This document shows positions 25,358 to 32,489 of a stretch of DNA of 47,841 bases, one piece after another; positions within the stretch are counted from its first letter, which is position 1, and the number at the start of each line of letters is the position of its first letter. The notes beneath the pieces were generated by a model. The model did not search any database, was not told where the DNA came from, and saw only the letters and a list, made by a program, of their open reading frames with translations. The DNA comes from Anaerolineales bacterium (lineage in GTDB: Bacteria; Chloroflexota; Anaerolineae; Anaerolineales; UBA4823), in the NCBI GenBank assembly GCA_041551115.1, contig JBFENN010000002.1, positions 1-47,841 on the forward strand. The letters run 5' to 3'. Position numbers and translations under genes: made by a program.

Positions 25358-26971
25358 ATGAAGAATGGAACTGGTGGAGCGATCACCAAAATGTGGCAAG
25401 GTGCCGCAGACACCTTCAACGAATACCCGCGCCAGTTCTGGATCCTGATCGGGGGCACATTCATTGACCGATTGGGAGGTGCCTTGCTGTTCCCGTTCTT
25501 CACGCTCTACCTGACTAGCAAGTTTGGTATCGGCATGACGCAGGTGGGCGTGATATTCGGCATATTCGCTGTATCCGGTTTTGTTGGTGGGACAATTGGC
25601 GGTGCACTGACCGACCGCATCGGGCGCAAAATTATGCTGCTTTTCGGTTTGATCATGAGCGCCCTGGCCAGCATTTTGATGGGAGTGGTCAATGAGGTAT
25701 CACTTTTCATCGTTGTAACGCTTATCGTTGGCATCTTATCTGATATTGGCGGTCCAGCCCAGCAAGCGCTCGTCGCTGATCTGCTGCCGGAAAAGAAGCG
25801 AGCTGAAGGCTATGGTATCTTGCGCGTGGTCGCCAATCTGGCAGTCGTAATTGGACCCTTGATCGGGGGCATACTGGCAACCAGATCCTATATGCTGCTG
25901 TTTGTGAGCGATGCCGTCGCCAGCTTGATAACAGCTGCGATTGTCTACTTCGCTCTCAAGGAGACGCGGCCAGAACCCAAGGAAGGCGAGCCCGAAGAGA
26001 GTGTTGTGCAAACCTTCCGTGGTTATGCAGACGTGTTCAAAGATCCAGCATTTGTGTGGTTTCTCGGAGCATCGATATTAATGGTGCTCATGTATATGCA
26101 GATGAATACGACATTGGCCGTTTACCTACGAGATGAACATGGCGTTGGTGTACAGGGTTTCAGCTACATTTTAAGCATGAATGCAGCTATGGTTGTGCTG
26201 TTTCAATTCCCGATCACCCGGCGGATAAAGAAATTCCGGCCGTTGATGGTGATGACAGTAGGAACCCTGCTGTACGCATTTGGTTTTGCGATGTACGGAT
26301 TTGTCGCCATATTTGCTTTATTCTTGCTCGCGATGGTAATTATTACGATCGGTGAGATGCTGGTCAGTCCGGTTAGTCAGGCGATCGTCTCCCGGCTGGC
26401 ACCCGAAGACAAACGCGGCCGCTATATGGCTGTATATGGTTTCAGCTGGTTGATCCCAATTGCAGTTGGGCCGTTGCTGGCCGGATTGGTGATGGATAAT
26501 TACAACCCTGATCTGGTGTGGTACCTGGCAGGTGCTGTTGGCGTCGCATCCGCAGGCGCGTATTATGGATTGGAATGGTGGACCGAACGAGTGCGCTTTA
26601 AGGGCATCGCCAAGCGATTGGGGATCATGGAGCGCTTGGAAGAAGGTGAAATTAATGCTGAAGAAGCTAGTATGATGCTGACAGCAGTAAATGATGGCGC
26701 CTGGAGTAGTCTGACTGCACCAGCAGATGCCGTCCAGCAGCGTGAACTGCGCATCCGGGTAAGTGATACGGCAACCGGCACCATGAAAAGCGACCTGCGG
26801 ATACCAGCTGGACTGGTCAACGCAGTTATCCATAGTGGAGGAAGTATATCCGCCGATCTAGAGGGCTACGATCAAGTGGAACTTAAAAACTTGATTGCCC
26901 GGAGTTCGACCGGAAGCTCAACTCAGCAGATGGAGACAGGGGATGACCAGATCGAAATATCCATCAAGTGA
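25358..26971 (+). CDS. MFS transporter with a ~130-aa cytoplasmic C-terminal SHOCT-like extension
   Basis: 12-TM MFS body with the loop motif GALTDRIGRK. The tail is IMERLEEGEINAEEASMMLTAV (SHOCT-like helix pair) followed by a beta-rich segment LRIRVSDTATGTMKSDLRIPAGLVNAVI...QIEISIK. Confidence 0.85.
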   Translation: MKNGTGGAITKMWQGAADTFNEYPRQFWILIGGTFIDRLGGALLFPFFTLYLTSKFGIGMTQVGVIFGIFAVSGFVGGTIGGALTDRIGRKIMLLFGLIMSALASILMGVVNEVSLFIVVTLIVGILSDIGGPAQQALVADLLPEKKRAEGYGILRVVANLAVVIGPLIGGILATRSYMLLFVSDAVASLITAAIVYFALKETRPEPKEGEPEESVVQTFRGYADVFKDPAFVWFLGASILMVLMYMQMNTTLAVYLRDEHGVGVQGFSYILSMNAAMVVLFQFPITRRIKKFRPLMVMTVGTLLYAFGFAMYGFVAIFALFLLAMVIITIGEMLVSPVSQAIVSRLAPEDKRGRYMAVYGFSWLIPIAVGPLLAGLVMDNYNPDLVWYLAGAVGVASAGAYYGLEWWTERVRFKGIAKRLGIMERLEEGEINAEEASMMLTAVNDGAWSSLTAPADAVQQRELRIRVSDTATGTMKSDLRIPAGLVNAVIHSGGSISADLEGYDQVELKNLIARSSTGSSTQQMETGDDQIEISIK

Positions 26972-27005
26972 TTTGATCCGACCCTGTTCGAGTTCATAGA
27001 ATATA

Positions 27006-27043
27006 AACCGACCCCTTGACGTTGATAGGGGTCGGTTCTTTTT
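27006..27043 (+). terminator. Rho-independent terminator after the MFS gene
   Basis: AACCGACCCC (27006-27015), 12-nt loop, GGGGTCGGTT (27028-27037), then CTTTTT. Confidence 0.8.
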
Positions 27044-27195
27044 ATACGATTATCCTCACTAGTGTAAGCTAAGTCATAATTGGTATGTGTCACCGATCTT
27101 GTGCTAGCCAGAGGCACTTGCCCAAAGTATAAGGTGCCAAACATGTCTCCAGAGAGTATTATGCTGCCACCGTGGACGATAGTACCCTTTGGTGA

Positions 27196-27240
27196 TTGAC
27201 TCGAGCGATATTCTTTTGTATTATGTAGTTATACGACATA
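27196..27240 (+). promoter_or_regulatory. Near-consensus promoter with an overlapping inverted repeat (candidate PadR auto-operator)
   Basis: TTGACT (27196-27201), 17 bp of spacer, then TATTAT (27219-27224). The inverted repeat TATGT-N9-ACATA (27222-27240) overlaps the -10 element and resembles the ATGT/ACAT half-sites reported for PadR operators. Confidence 0.55.
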
Positions 27241-27260
27241 TAGCCAACCGCCATATTTGA

Positions 27261-27626
27261 ATGAGAGTGACAATGCACACAATCGAAGACATACAAGCCA
27301 ACCTACCCCTCACCGAAGTGACCTACTTTATTTTACTCAGCTTAGCATCTGCCCAAAAACATGGCTATGCCATTATGAAGGATATCGAAGCGATGAGCCA
27401 CAAACGCGTTTCGCTCAGTACGGGTACGTTGTATGGCGCTTTAAAACGATTGCTAGAACAAGGTTTGATCTTGCGCAGCGATGAGGGTGAGACCAATCAC
27501 TCAGGACGAACCCGTAAGAACTACCGCCTAACAGAGTTGGGTTACCGCGTTCTACAGGCAGAAGTGCACCGTTTGGACAACTTAGTAACCGCCGCCCAAC
27601 TGCGATCTATCCATGAAAGCGCGTAA
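27261..27626 (+). CDS. PadR-family transcriptional regulator
   Basis: LTEVTYFILLSLASAQKHGYAIMKDIEAMSHKRVSLSTGTLYGALKRLLEQGLI...KNYRLTELG is a classic PadR winged-helix pattern. The ATG at 27273 is an alternative start. Confidence 0.9.
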   Translation: MRVTMHTIEDIQANLPLTEVTYFILLSLASAQKHGYAIMKDIEAMSHKRVSLSTGTLYGALKRLLEQGLILRSDEGETNHSGRTRKNYRLTELGYRVLQAEVHRLDNLVTAAQLRSIHESA

Positions 27627-27686
27627 AATTCCACTCCTACAGCGTGCGTGTTATTAACCAAGGCATACTGATCAAGAAGGGCAATT

Positions 27687-28499
27687 ATGGTTTCTGATGG
27701 AATACCCCTCCCAAAATCTGAAACCTGGATCAGCACACTGGCTGCATTAGCTTTATTTACGGTGGCGGGTATTGTGTTAATCATGATGGAGATCCCACAC
27801 GAATGGGGATACGACGATCTTCTGCTGAGACTGAGACCTGTTTTTATCGGCTGGCTGTTGGTAACAGCAACTGGGTATTGTATTGGATGGATAAAGAAGT
27901 TCCCGCGCTGGTCATATCCCTATACCACGCAGATGGTTCTGTTTAGTCTTTACTTGATGCATGTTTCTACACCTGGACTGCGGATCTTCGGTTATACATT
28001 CGGAAGCAGTGACTCGTGGGGCTGGCGGGCATGGCTCCCGGCCATACTGGCCACGCTCATAGCTTTGCTTGTCACACGTTCACTCCAGCCGATTGGAGTA
28101 TTCCTCCAAAGCATTTGGGAAGATTGGACCCTAGGCGTTTTTGCTTCATACAGCCTGTTGCCGCTGATAATCTTTGTTATCTATGATGAGATGGACCGTT
28201 TGTACACCCTATACTGCATGGTCGCGCTTTCTCTGATGATTCTCGGAACTGTTCTGCTTTACATGCGCAGCCGTACTTTCCAGCAGCGGGCAATTACACT
28301 AGCCCTAGGTACGTTGCTAGCCGTTTCTTTCGCCTTTTTTTCGATTGAGGCCTATTGGTCCGGTCAAGGGAACACCAATTTTGACATTATTCGAACCGCT
28401 ATTACGATCCTAGTGATCTGCACATTCATATTTTCACCAGCAATTATCGGATTATTTCGGCGATTCAGCTTAAGAAGTTCAACAATAAAGGCGTTTTGA
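27687..28499 (+). CDS. Polytopic membrane protein of unknown function (FPRWS-motif family, member 1)
   Basis: 270 aa with ~8 hydrophobic helices. The motif GWIKKFPRWSYPY is shared with the next gene. It follows PadR by 60 bp. Confidence 0.6.
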   Translation: MVSDGIPLPKSETWISTLAALALFTVAGIVLIMMEIPHEWGYDDLLLRLRPVFIGWLLVTATGYCIGWIKKFPRWSYPYTTQMVLFSLYLMHVSTPGLRIFGYTFGSSDSWGWRAWLPAILATLIALLVTRSLQPIGVFLQSIWEDWTLGVFASYSLLPLIIFVIYDEMDRLYTLYCMVALSLMILGTVLLYMRSRTFQQRAITLALGTLLAVSFAFFSIEAYWSGQGNTNFDIIRTAITILVICTFIFSPAIIGLFRRFSLRSSTIKAF

Positions 28500-28500
28500 C

Positions 28501-29574
28501 ATGAAGCGTAACTGGTCATCCCAATTGTACAAATGCATCCTCTCCTTATTTCCCGACCGTTTCAAACTCGAGTTTGCAGAAGAAATGCAAGCCGTTTTTG
28601 ATCAAGCCCTGAATGATGCCAGCAAAAACGGTTGGCCTGCAGAAATTCACCTGCTCCTAAAGGAAATTGGCTGCTTGGCAAAGACCGCACTGAGCCAACG
28701 CTGGTGTGACACGCGCGATGATATCCTCCACCCGACATCCAGCGATACAGAAGTACACATCCCTACTTTACGGAAAGAGATTGTCTTAGCATTATTGGTT
28801 TTTGCCATACCCATAGTCAATGTATGGTTTAGAACTTCGTCGGATATCTCTATTGGGCTGCTTGCCGCGACCGCGTGCATCTTGTTTCTGGCGGGTTTAC
28901 TTAAGGGATTCCCACGCTGGTCGCTGCCCTCCTTGGGGTTGGCTTTATCAGCACTGAGTTTTGTTTTCCTTTTCCAGTGGCTAACCGACAGGCTCACTCC
29001 TACCTTCTTATACGAACATGACCTGTTTGCTCTGAACGCCAGCAACCAGGTATTGATTGGTGCATTATGGTCTGGCCTGATGTGGTTCAGCCTGTTCACC
29101 TTCACGCTTGTCATCATTGGGCTGATGGCGCTCATCCAGCGCTTCAGGCGATTTTTCTGGCAGGTGCGTAATGATTGGACATTGGTCTCATATATATTGT
29201 ACAGTGGGGCATTTTTCACCCTAGTCATGACATTCGATCAGTACCACGGTGAGAGGACCTATGCCATTGCCAGCCTATTTTGCTTAGCAACGGGTGCTTG
29301 GTTGTATCTGCTCAGCAAACGCCAGTGGCAGCGAACGATATCTCTGTTATCTGGTTTGACGCTCGCGATAGCAATTGTTATCTTAAACCAGTGGACGCTT
29401 ATCCCAAGCTCGGAGGGTAGGTATTGGTTAATCTGGACTAGCAGCACTAGTACAGCCTGGTCAGAGACTCGCCGGTTGCTGTTTGAATGGGGCTGGATGG
29501 TTGCAATCCTTATTGCACCAATTTGGCTGCGCTCCTTACCAAGGCCAAACCGGCACCGTCGACTGAGGCTGTAA
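28501..29574 (+). CDS. Polytopic membrane protein with an N-terminal 'permease prefix'-like cytoplasmic segment (FPRWS-motif family, member 2)
   Basis: The N-terminus ILSLFPDRFKLEFAEEMQAVFDQ resembles the prefix domain seen on PadR-linked permeases. The motif GLLKGFPRWSLPS is paralogous to the previous gene. The junction TGAcATG suggests coupling. Confidence 0.65.
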   Translation: MKRNWSSQLYKCILSLFPDRFKLEFAEEMQAVFDQALNDASKNGWPAEIHLLLKEIGCLAKTALSQRWCDTRDDILHPTSSDTEVHIPTLRKEIVLALLVFAIPIVNVWFRTSSDISIGLLAATACILFLAGLLKGFPRWSLPSLGLALSALSFVFLFQWLTDRLTPTFLYEHDLFALNASNQVLIGALWSGLMWFSLFTFTLVIIGLMALIQRFRRFFWQVRNDWTLVSYILYSGAFFTLVMTFDQYHGERTYAIASLFCLATGAWLYLLSKRQWQRTISLLSGLTLAIAIVILNQWTLIPSSEGRYWLIWTSSTSTAWSETRRLLFEWGWMVAILIAPIWLRSLPRPNRHRRLRL

Positions 29575-29606
29575 TAAAGAAAACTGTGTCGGGCGGATCG
29601 AATCTA

Positions 29607-30860
29607 ATGACAAGCCTACTTCTAGCAGTTGGTCTATTTGCGCTCATTGTCCCATCCCTTATCGTAGTCTTAGCCGCAGAGCGAATATCCACATTTGGGC
29701 AATCACAAAACGTCACCCGCAACAAGGTATTGTTCCTGCTTCTAGCAACCATCGGATTACTGTTGTTGTTCTTGGTCAACGCTGTAAGCTTTTCGGATGG
29801 GAGGTTCCAGTTGCCAGCGCTCATCTTGTTGCCAACCTTGGTAGGGTTGCTCGCCTTGTGCATCATCCGCTGGCGAGAATTTCTGAGTGTCTGGAAAAAG
29901 AACCGGGTGCTGATCTCAGGATTGCTACTTGTTACCATCGTTTTGATCATCAGCCTGGGAACAGCACCAGTGACAAATATTGTGCCCATCGTGATTCCAA
30001 TACTGGCATTGTTGACCGCTCTGAGCTGGGTAGCGATTCAGCAAGCAAGCTTCCGGATAGTGGAGGTCGGGGGGATATTGATTGCCGGATACCTATTCAT
30101 CGATGCAGTTGGCATAACCAGCAACCCCACATTCACCGCTGTAGACTGGCTGAATTCTTCATTGTCCTTTGCCCGGGCTCTGGGAGTACTCCTCGCTTTG
30201 ATCCTGATTGCTGCGCTGATCCACCGTATCCAGAACGACAGCAGCACTGACAGCAAGCCCTTCGCTTCAACCGCAACCGGGATAATAATTCTGTTGTTGT
30301 TAGCTTTAGCCAGCGTTGAAGTGCGCGATGGGGTATTGGCAAAAGCGACCGGACGGGCAGCGGAAGATCACGCCCCGCTCATTGAAATCCTGCTCGCGAT
30401 CCTCAACGGAATGATCTTAATAGGCGTGTCTTCAAAGCACAAGCGGTTCATTGCTATCGTATATACAATCCTGTTGCCAATACTTCTTCTTGGAGCATAC
30501 AGCGCAGGTTGGCAGCTTGAACCACAGGTGATCACACAATCAAGGGCCGATCACCTGGTGCAAGCGGTTGAGCGTTTCCAAAGTGAACAAGGTTTCTATC
30601 CAGACAATCTCAATGCCCTAACCCCCCACTATATGCCATATATCCTCGGTCCTTTAACCGGGCGCGGCCAGGTATGGTGCTACCAAAGCGGCGCAAATTT
30701 TTACCGCCTTGGATATGCTTATTACCAGCGTTATTATGGACCAACTTTTCCGGCAGGTTATTCAGAGGTACGCATACATGCTGCGGTCGGAGAGCCACCA
30801 GCAGGACCATGGATGTGTGATGAAGAATTAGCAAAAAACCAAACCAGATTAGGTTTATGA
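29607..30860 (+). CDS. Polytopic membrane protein with a C-terminal extracytoplasmic domain
   Basis: About 10 TM helices, then ADHLVQAVERFQSEQGFYPDNLNALTPHYMPYILGPLTGRGQVWCYQ...YRLGY, a pseudopilin-G-like 'Y..G.YP..L..L.P.Y' fold signature. I chose the ATG at 29607; the track ORF from 29487 overlaps the upstream gene. Confidence 0.6.
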   Translation: MTSLLLAVGLFALIVPSLIVVLAAERISTFGQSQNVTRNKVLFLLLATIGLLLLFLVNAVSFSDGRFQLPALILLPTLVGLLALCIIRWREFLSVWKKNRVLISGLLLVTIVLIISLGTAPVTNIVPIVIPILALLTALSWVAIQQASFRIVEVGGILIAGYLFIDAVGITSNPTFTAVDWLNSSLSFARALGVLLALILIAALIHRIQNDSSTDSKPFASTATGIIILLLLALASVEVRDGVLAKATGRAAEDHAPLIEILLAILNGMILIGVSSKHKRFIAIVYTILLPILLLGAYSAGWQLEPQVITQSRADHLVQAVERFQSEQGFYPDNLNALTPHYMPYILGPLTGRGQVWCYQSGANFYRLGYAYYQRYYGPTFPAGYSEVRIHAAVGEPPAGPWMCDEELAKNQTRLGL

Positions 30861-30917
30861 GTTAAGCAGTTCTGCCAGCTATCATGTGGCTGGGAACCAT
30901 GCTGAGAGTACAGATAA

Positions 30918-32489
30918 ATGTTAAGAGAAATCAACAGAATATTTGAAAAACTACCATTTTTAAATAGTCGTTTCCGCAGGTTTGACAACCAACCGCCAGG
31001 CGAGTTCGATTTACGGAAATGCTTGCTGAATGCCATTTTGATCGCGCTCTGGTTTTGGCTGTACCGCGGGGTTTACCCATACCTCGGGACGATTTTCTCC
31101 AAACAGGAATTCCGGATAAACCAAATTGTATTGTTAGGCGTGCTGGTTTTGGTTGGGATGCAGGTTAAAAAACGCGGATTGACCATCCGGCTGGATAGCT
31201 CCGCTCAGTTTTACACCCCAGCCATCGTCATGGTTCTCATTGGTTCAGCGTTATATCTGCTCAGCGAACGTTTCCTGGATATTAATACGCTGTCGGCAAC
31301 TTTATTCGGGTTGGCTAGCTATGGACTACTTGGGCTCTGGATGCAGCCAAATCACTGGCGTCGTGGTTTGCCGGCTGCCCTGCTCTTCATCGGAGCGCTA
31401 CCCTTCGGCGAGCATCTGCAAACCTTTGTCGGCTACCCGGTTCGCATCCTGACGGCAACCATCGTTGGCGACGGATTAACTAAACTGGGGATTGGCACAG
31501 TGGGTGTGGATACCATCCTGATCTTTGAGAACGGGATCTCGAAAATTGACCTGCCATGCAGCGGGGTAAAGAGTTTGTGGAGCGGTGGGCTATTTATGCT
31601 CGCTGCGACATGGATAGAACGCCGATCCATCAACATGCACTGGTTCTTGATTGGGACAACCTTCATCGTTATGCTCTTGGCAGCAAACCTTGCCCGCGTC
31701 GCAATTTTGGTCACCATCGGTCAAGTTGTCGGTTGGCATTTATTTGCCGAGATGCTGCATGTTCCGTTAGGTGTCTTGGGATTTGTTGCCGCGTGTTCGT
31801 TGCTTTTGGTCCTTCTGCGCTGGAGGGTTCCAGACCGGTTAGTAGTGAATAATCGCCCTGCGGATGATTACACATCCCCGATCCGTCCTGCCTGGTTAAC
31901 AACTCTGCTGGGGTTGATCATCCTGACAATGGCACTGCTCTACACGCCACGACCTCAGACCGCCCGTGCTCACCCATCTTCTGACGTTGAGTTCACTGCA
32001 GACTGGGATGCCACCCTCTGGGCACTCTCATCGGGTGAACAAGAATGGTTAGCCCGTAGTGGTGTCCAAGGGGCTCAGCGCTGGCGTTTCCGCTTTGGCG
32101 AGCTCTCAGGCTCGCTTCTTTTCGTCTCTAGTAATACCTGGCGTTCCCACCATCGACCTGAAAGATGTTTCGAAGTCTATGGATTGCAGACCGACAGATC
32201 ATACACGAGCCTGATCGCGAGTGACTTCCCAATCCGCGTGCTCACATTGAGTGGAGACCAAGGCAATCACCAGTTCTCCGCAGCCTACTGGCTCCAATCT
32301 GAGGACCAAACAACCGATGACTACGCCACCCGCATCTGGGACGATTTGACACCCGAGAGACAACCTTGGGTGTTGGTTACGATCTTGTTTGATGAAGTGA
32401 TTGATCCGCAATCGGGCGCAGCCACTGCTCTATTTCGCTCCCTAGAAGAGATTGTCGACAGTAGCTTCGCAGGAGGTATTCCCCAATGA
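30918..32489 (+). CDS. Exosortase-family transpeptidase fused to a C-terminal EpsI-like domain
   Basis: The catalytic-Cys context is KIDLPCSGVKSLWSGG (Cys214, nt 31557-31559). The N-x-x-R motif is AANLARVAILV and a downstream His lies in WHLFAEMLHVPLG. The C-terminal ~190 aa carry the EpsI-like motif HHRPERCFEVYGL and AAYWLQSEDQTTDDYATRIW. Confidence 0.8.
   Translation: MLREINRIFEKLPFLNSRFRRFDNQPPGEFDLRKCLLNAILIALWFWLYRGVYPYLGTIFSKQEFRINQIVLLGVLVLVGMQVKKRGLTIRLDSSAQFYTPAIVMVLIGSALYLLSERFLDINTLSATLFGLASYGLLGLWMQPNHWRRGLPAALLFIGALPFGEHLQTFVGYPVRILTATIVGDGLTKLGIGTVGVDTILIFENGISKIDLPCSGVKSLWSGGLFMLAATWIERRSINMHWFLIGTTFIVMLLAANLARVAILVTIGQVVGWHLFAEMLHVPLGVLGFVAACSLLLVLLRWRVPDRLVVNNRPADDYTSPIRPAWLTTLLGLIILTMALLYTPRPQTARAHPSSDVEFTADWDATLWALSSGEQEWLARSGVQGAQRWRFRFGELSGSLLFVSSNTWRSHHRPERCFEVYGLQTDRSYTSLIASDFPIRVLTLSGDQGNHQFSAAYWLQSEDQTTDDYATRIWDDLTPERQPWVLVTILFDEVIDPQSGAATALFRSLEEIVDSSFAGGIPQ

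Noticed and set aside
26318-26833. 171-aa minus-strand ORF inside the MFS gene
   Set aside because: It is a shadow ORF. The plus-strand frame gives a clean 12-TM MFS with the DRIGRK loop motif.
11344-29606. N-terminally extended versions of six track ORFs (starts at 11344, 12227, 16788, 17759, 20240 and 29487)
   Set aside because: Each extension overlaps the upstream gene or a terminator hairpin. Each contains an internal ATG preceded by a GGAG-type RBS at proper spacing. The family alignments begin at that internal Met.
28647-29989. 193-aa and 159-aa minus-strand ORFs across the membrane-protein genes
   Set aside because: They are antisense to hydrophobic polytopic ORFs that are tightly packed in an operon. 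Their basic, low-complexity composition is the expected mirror of TM-helix codons.
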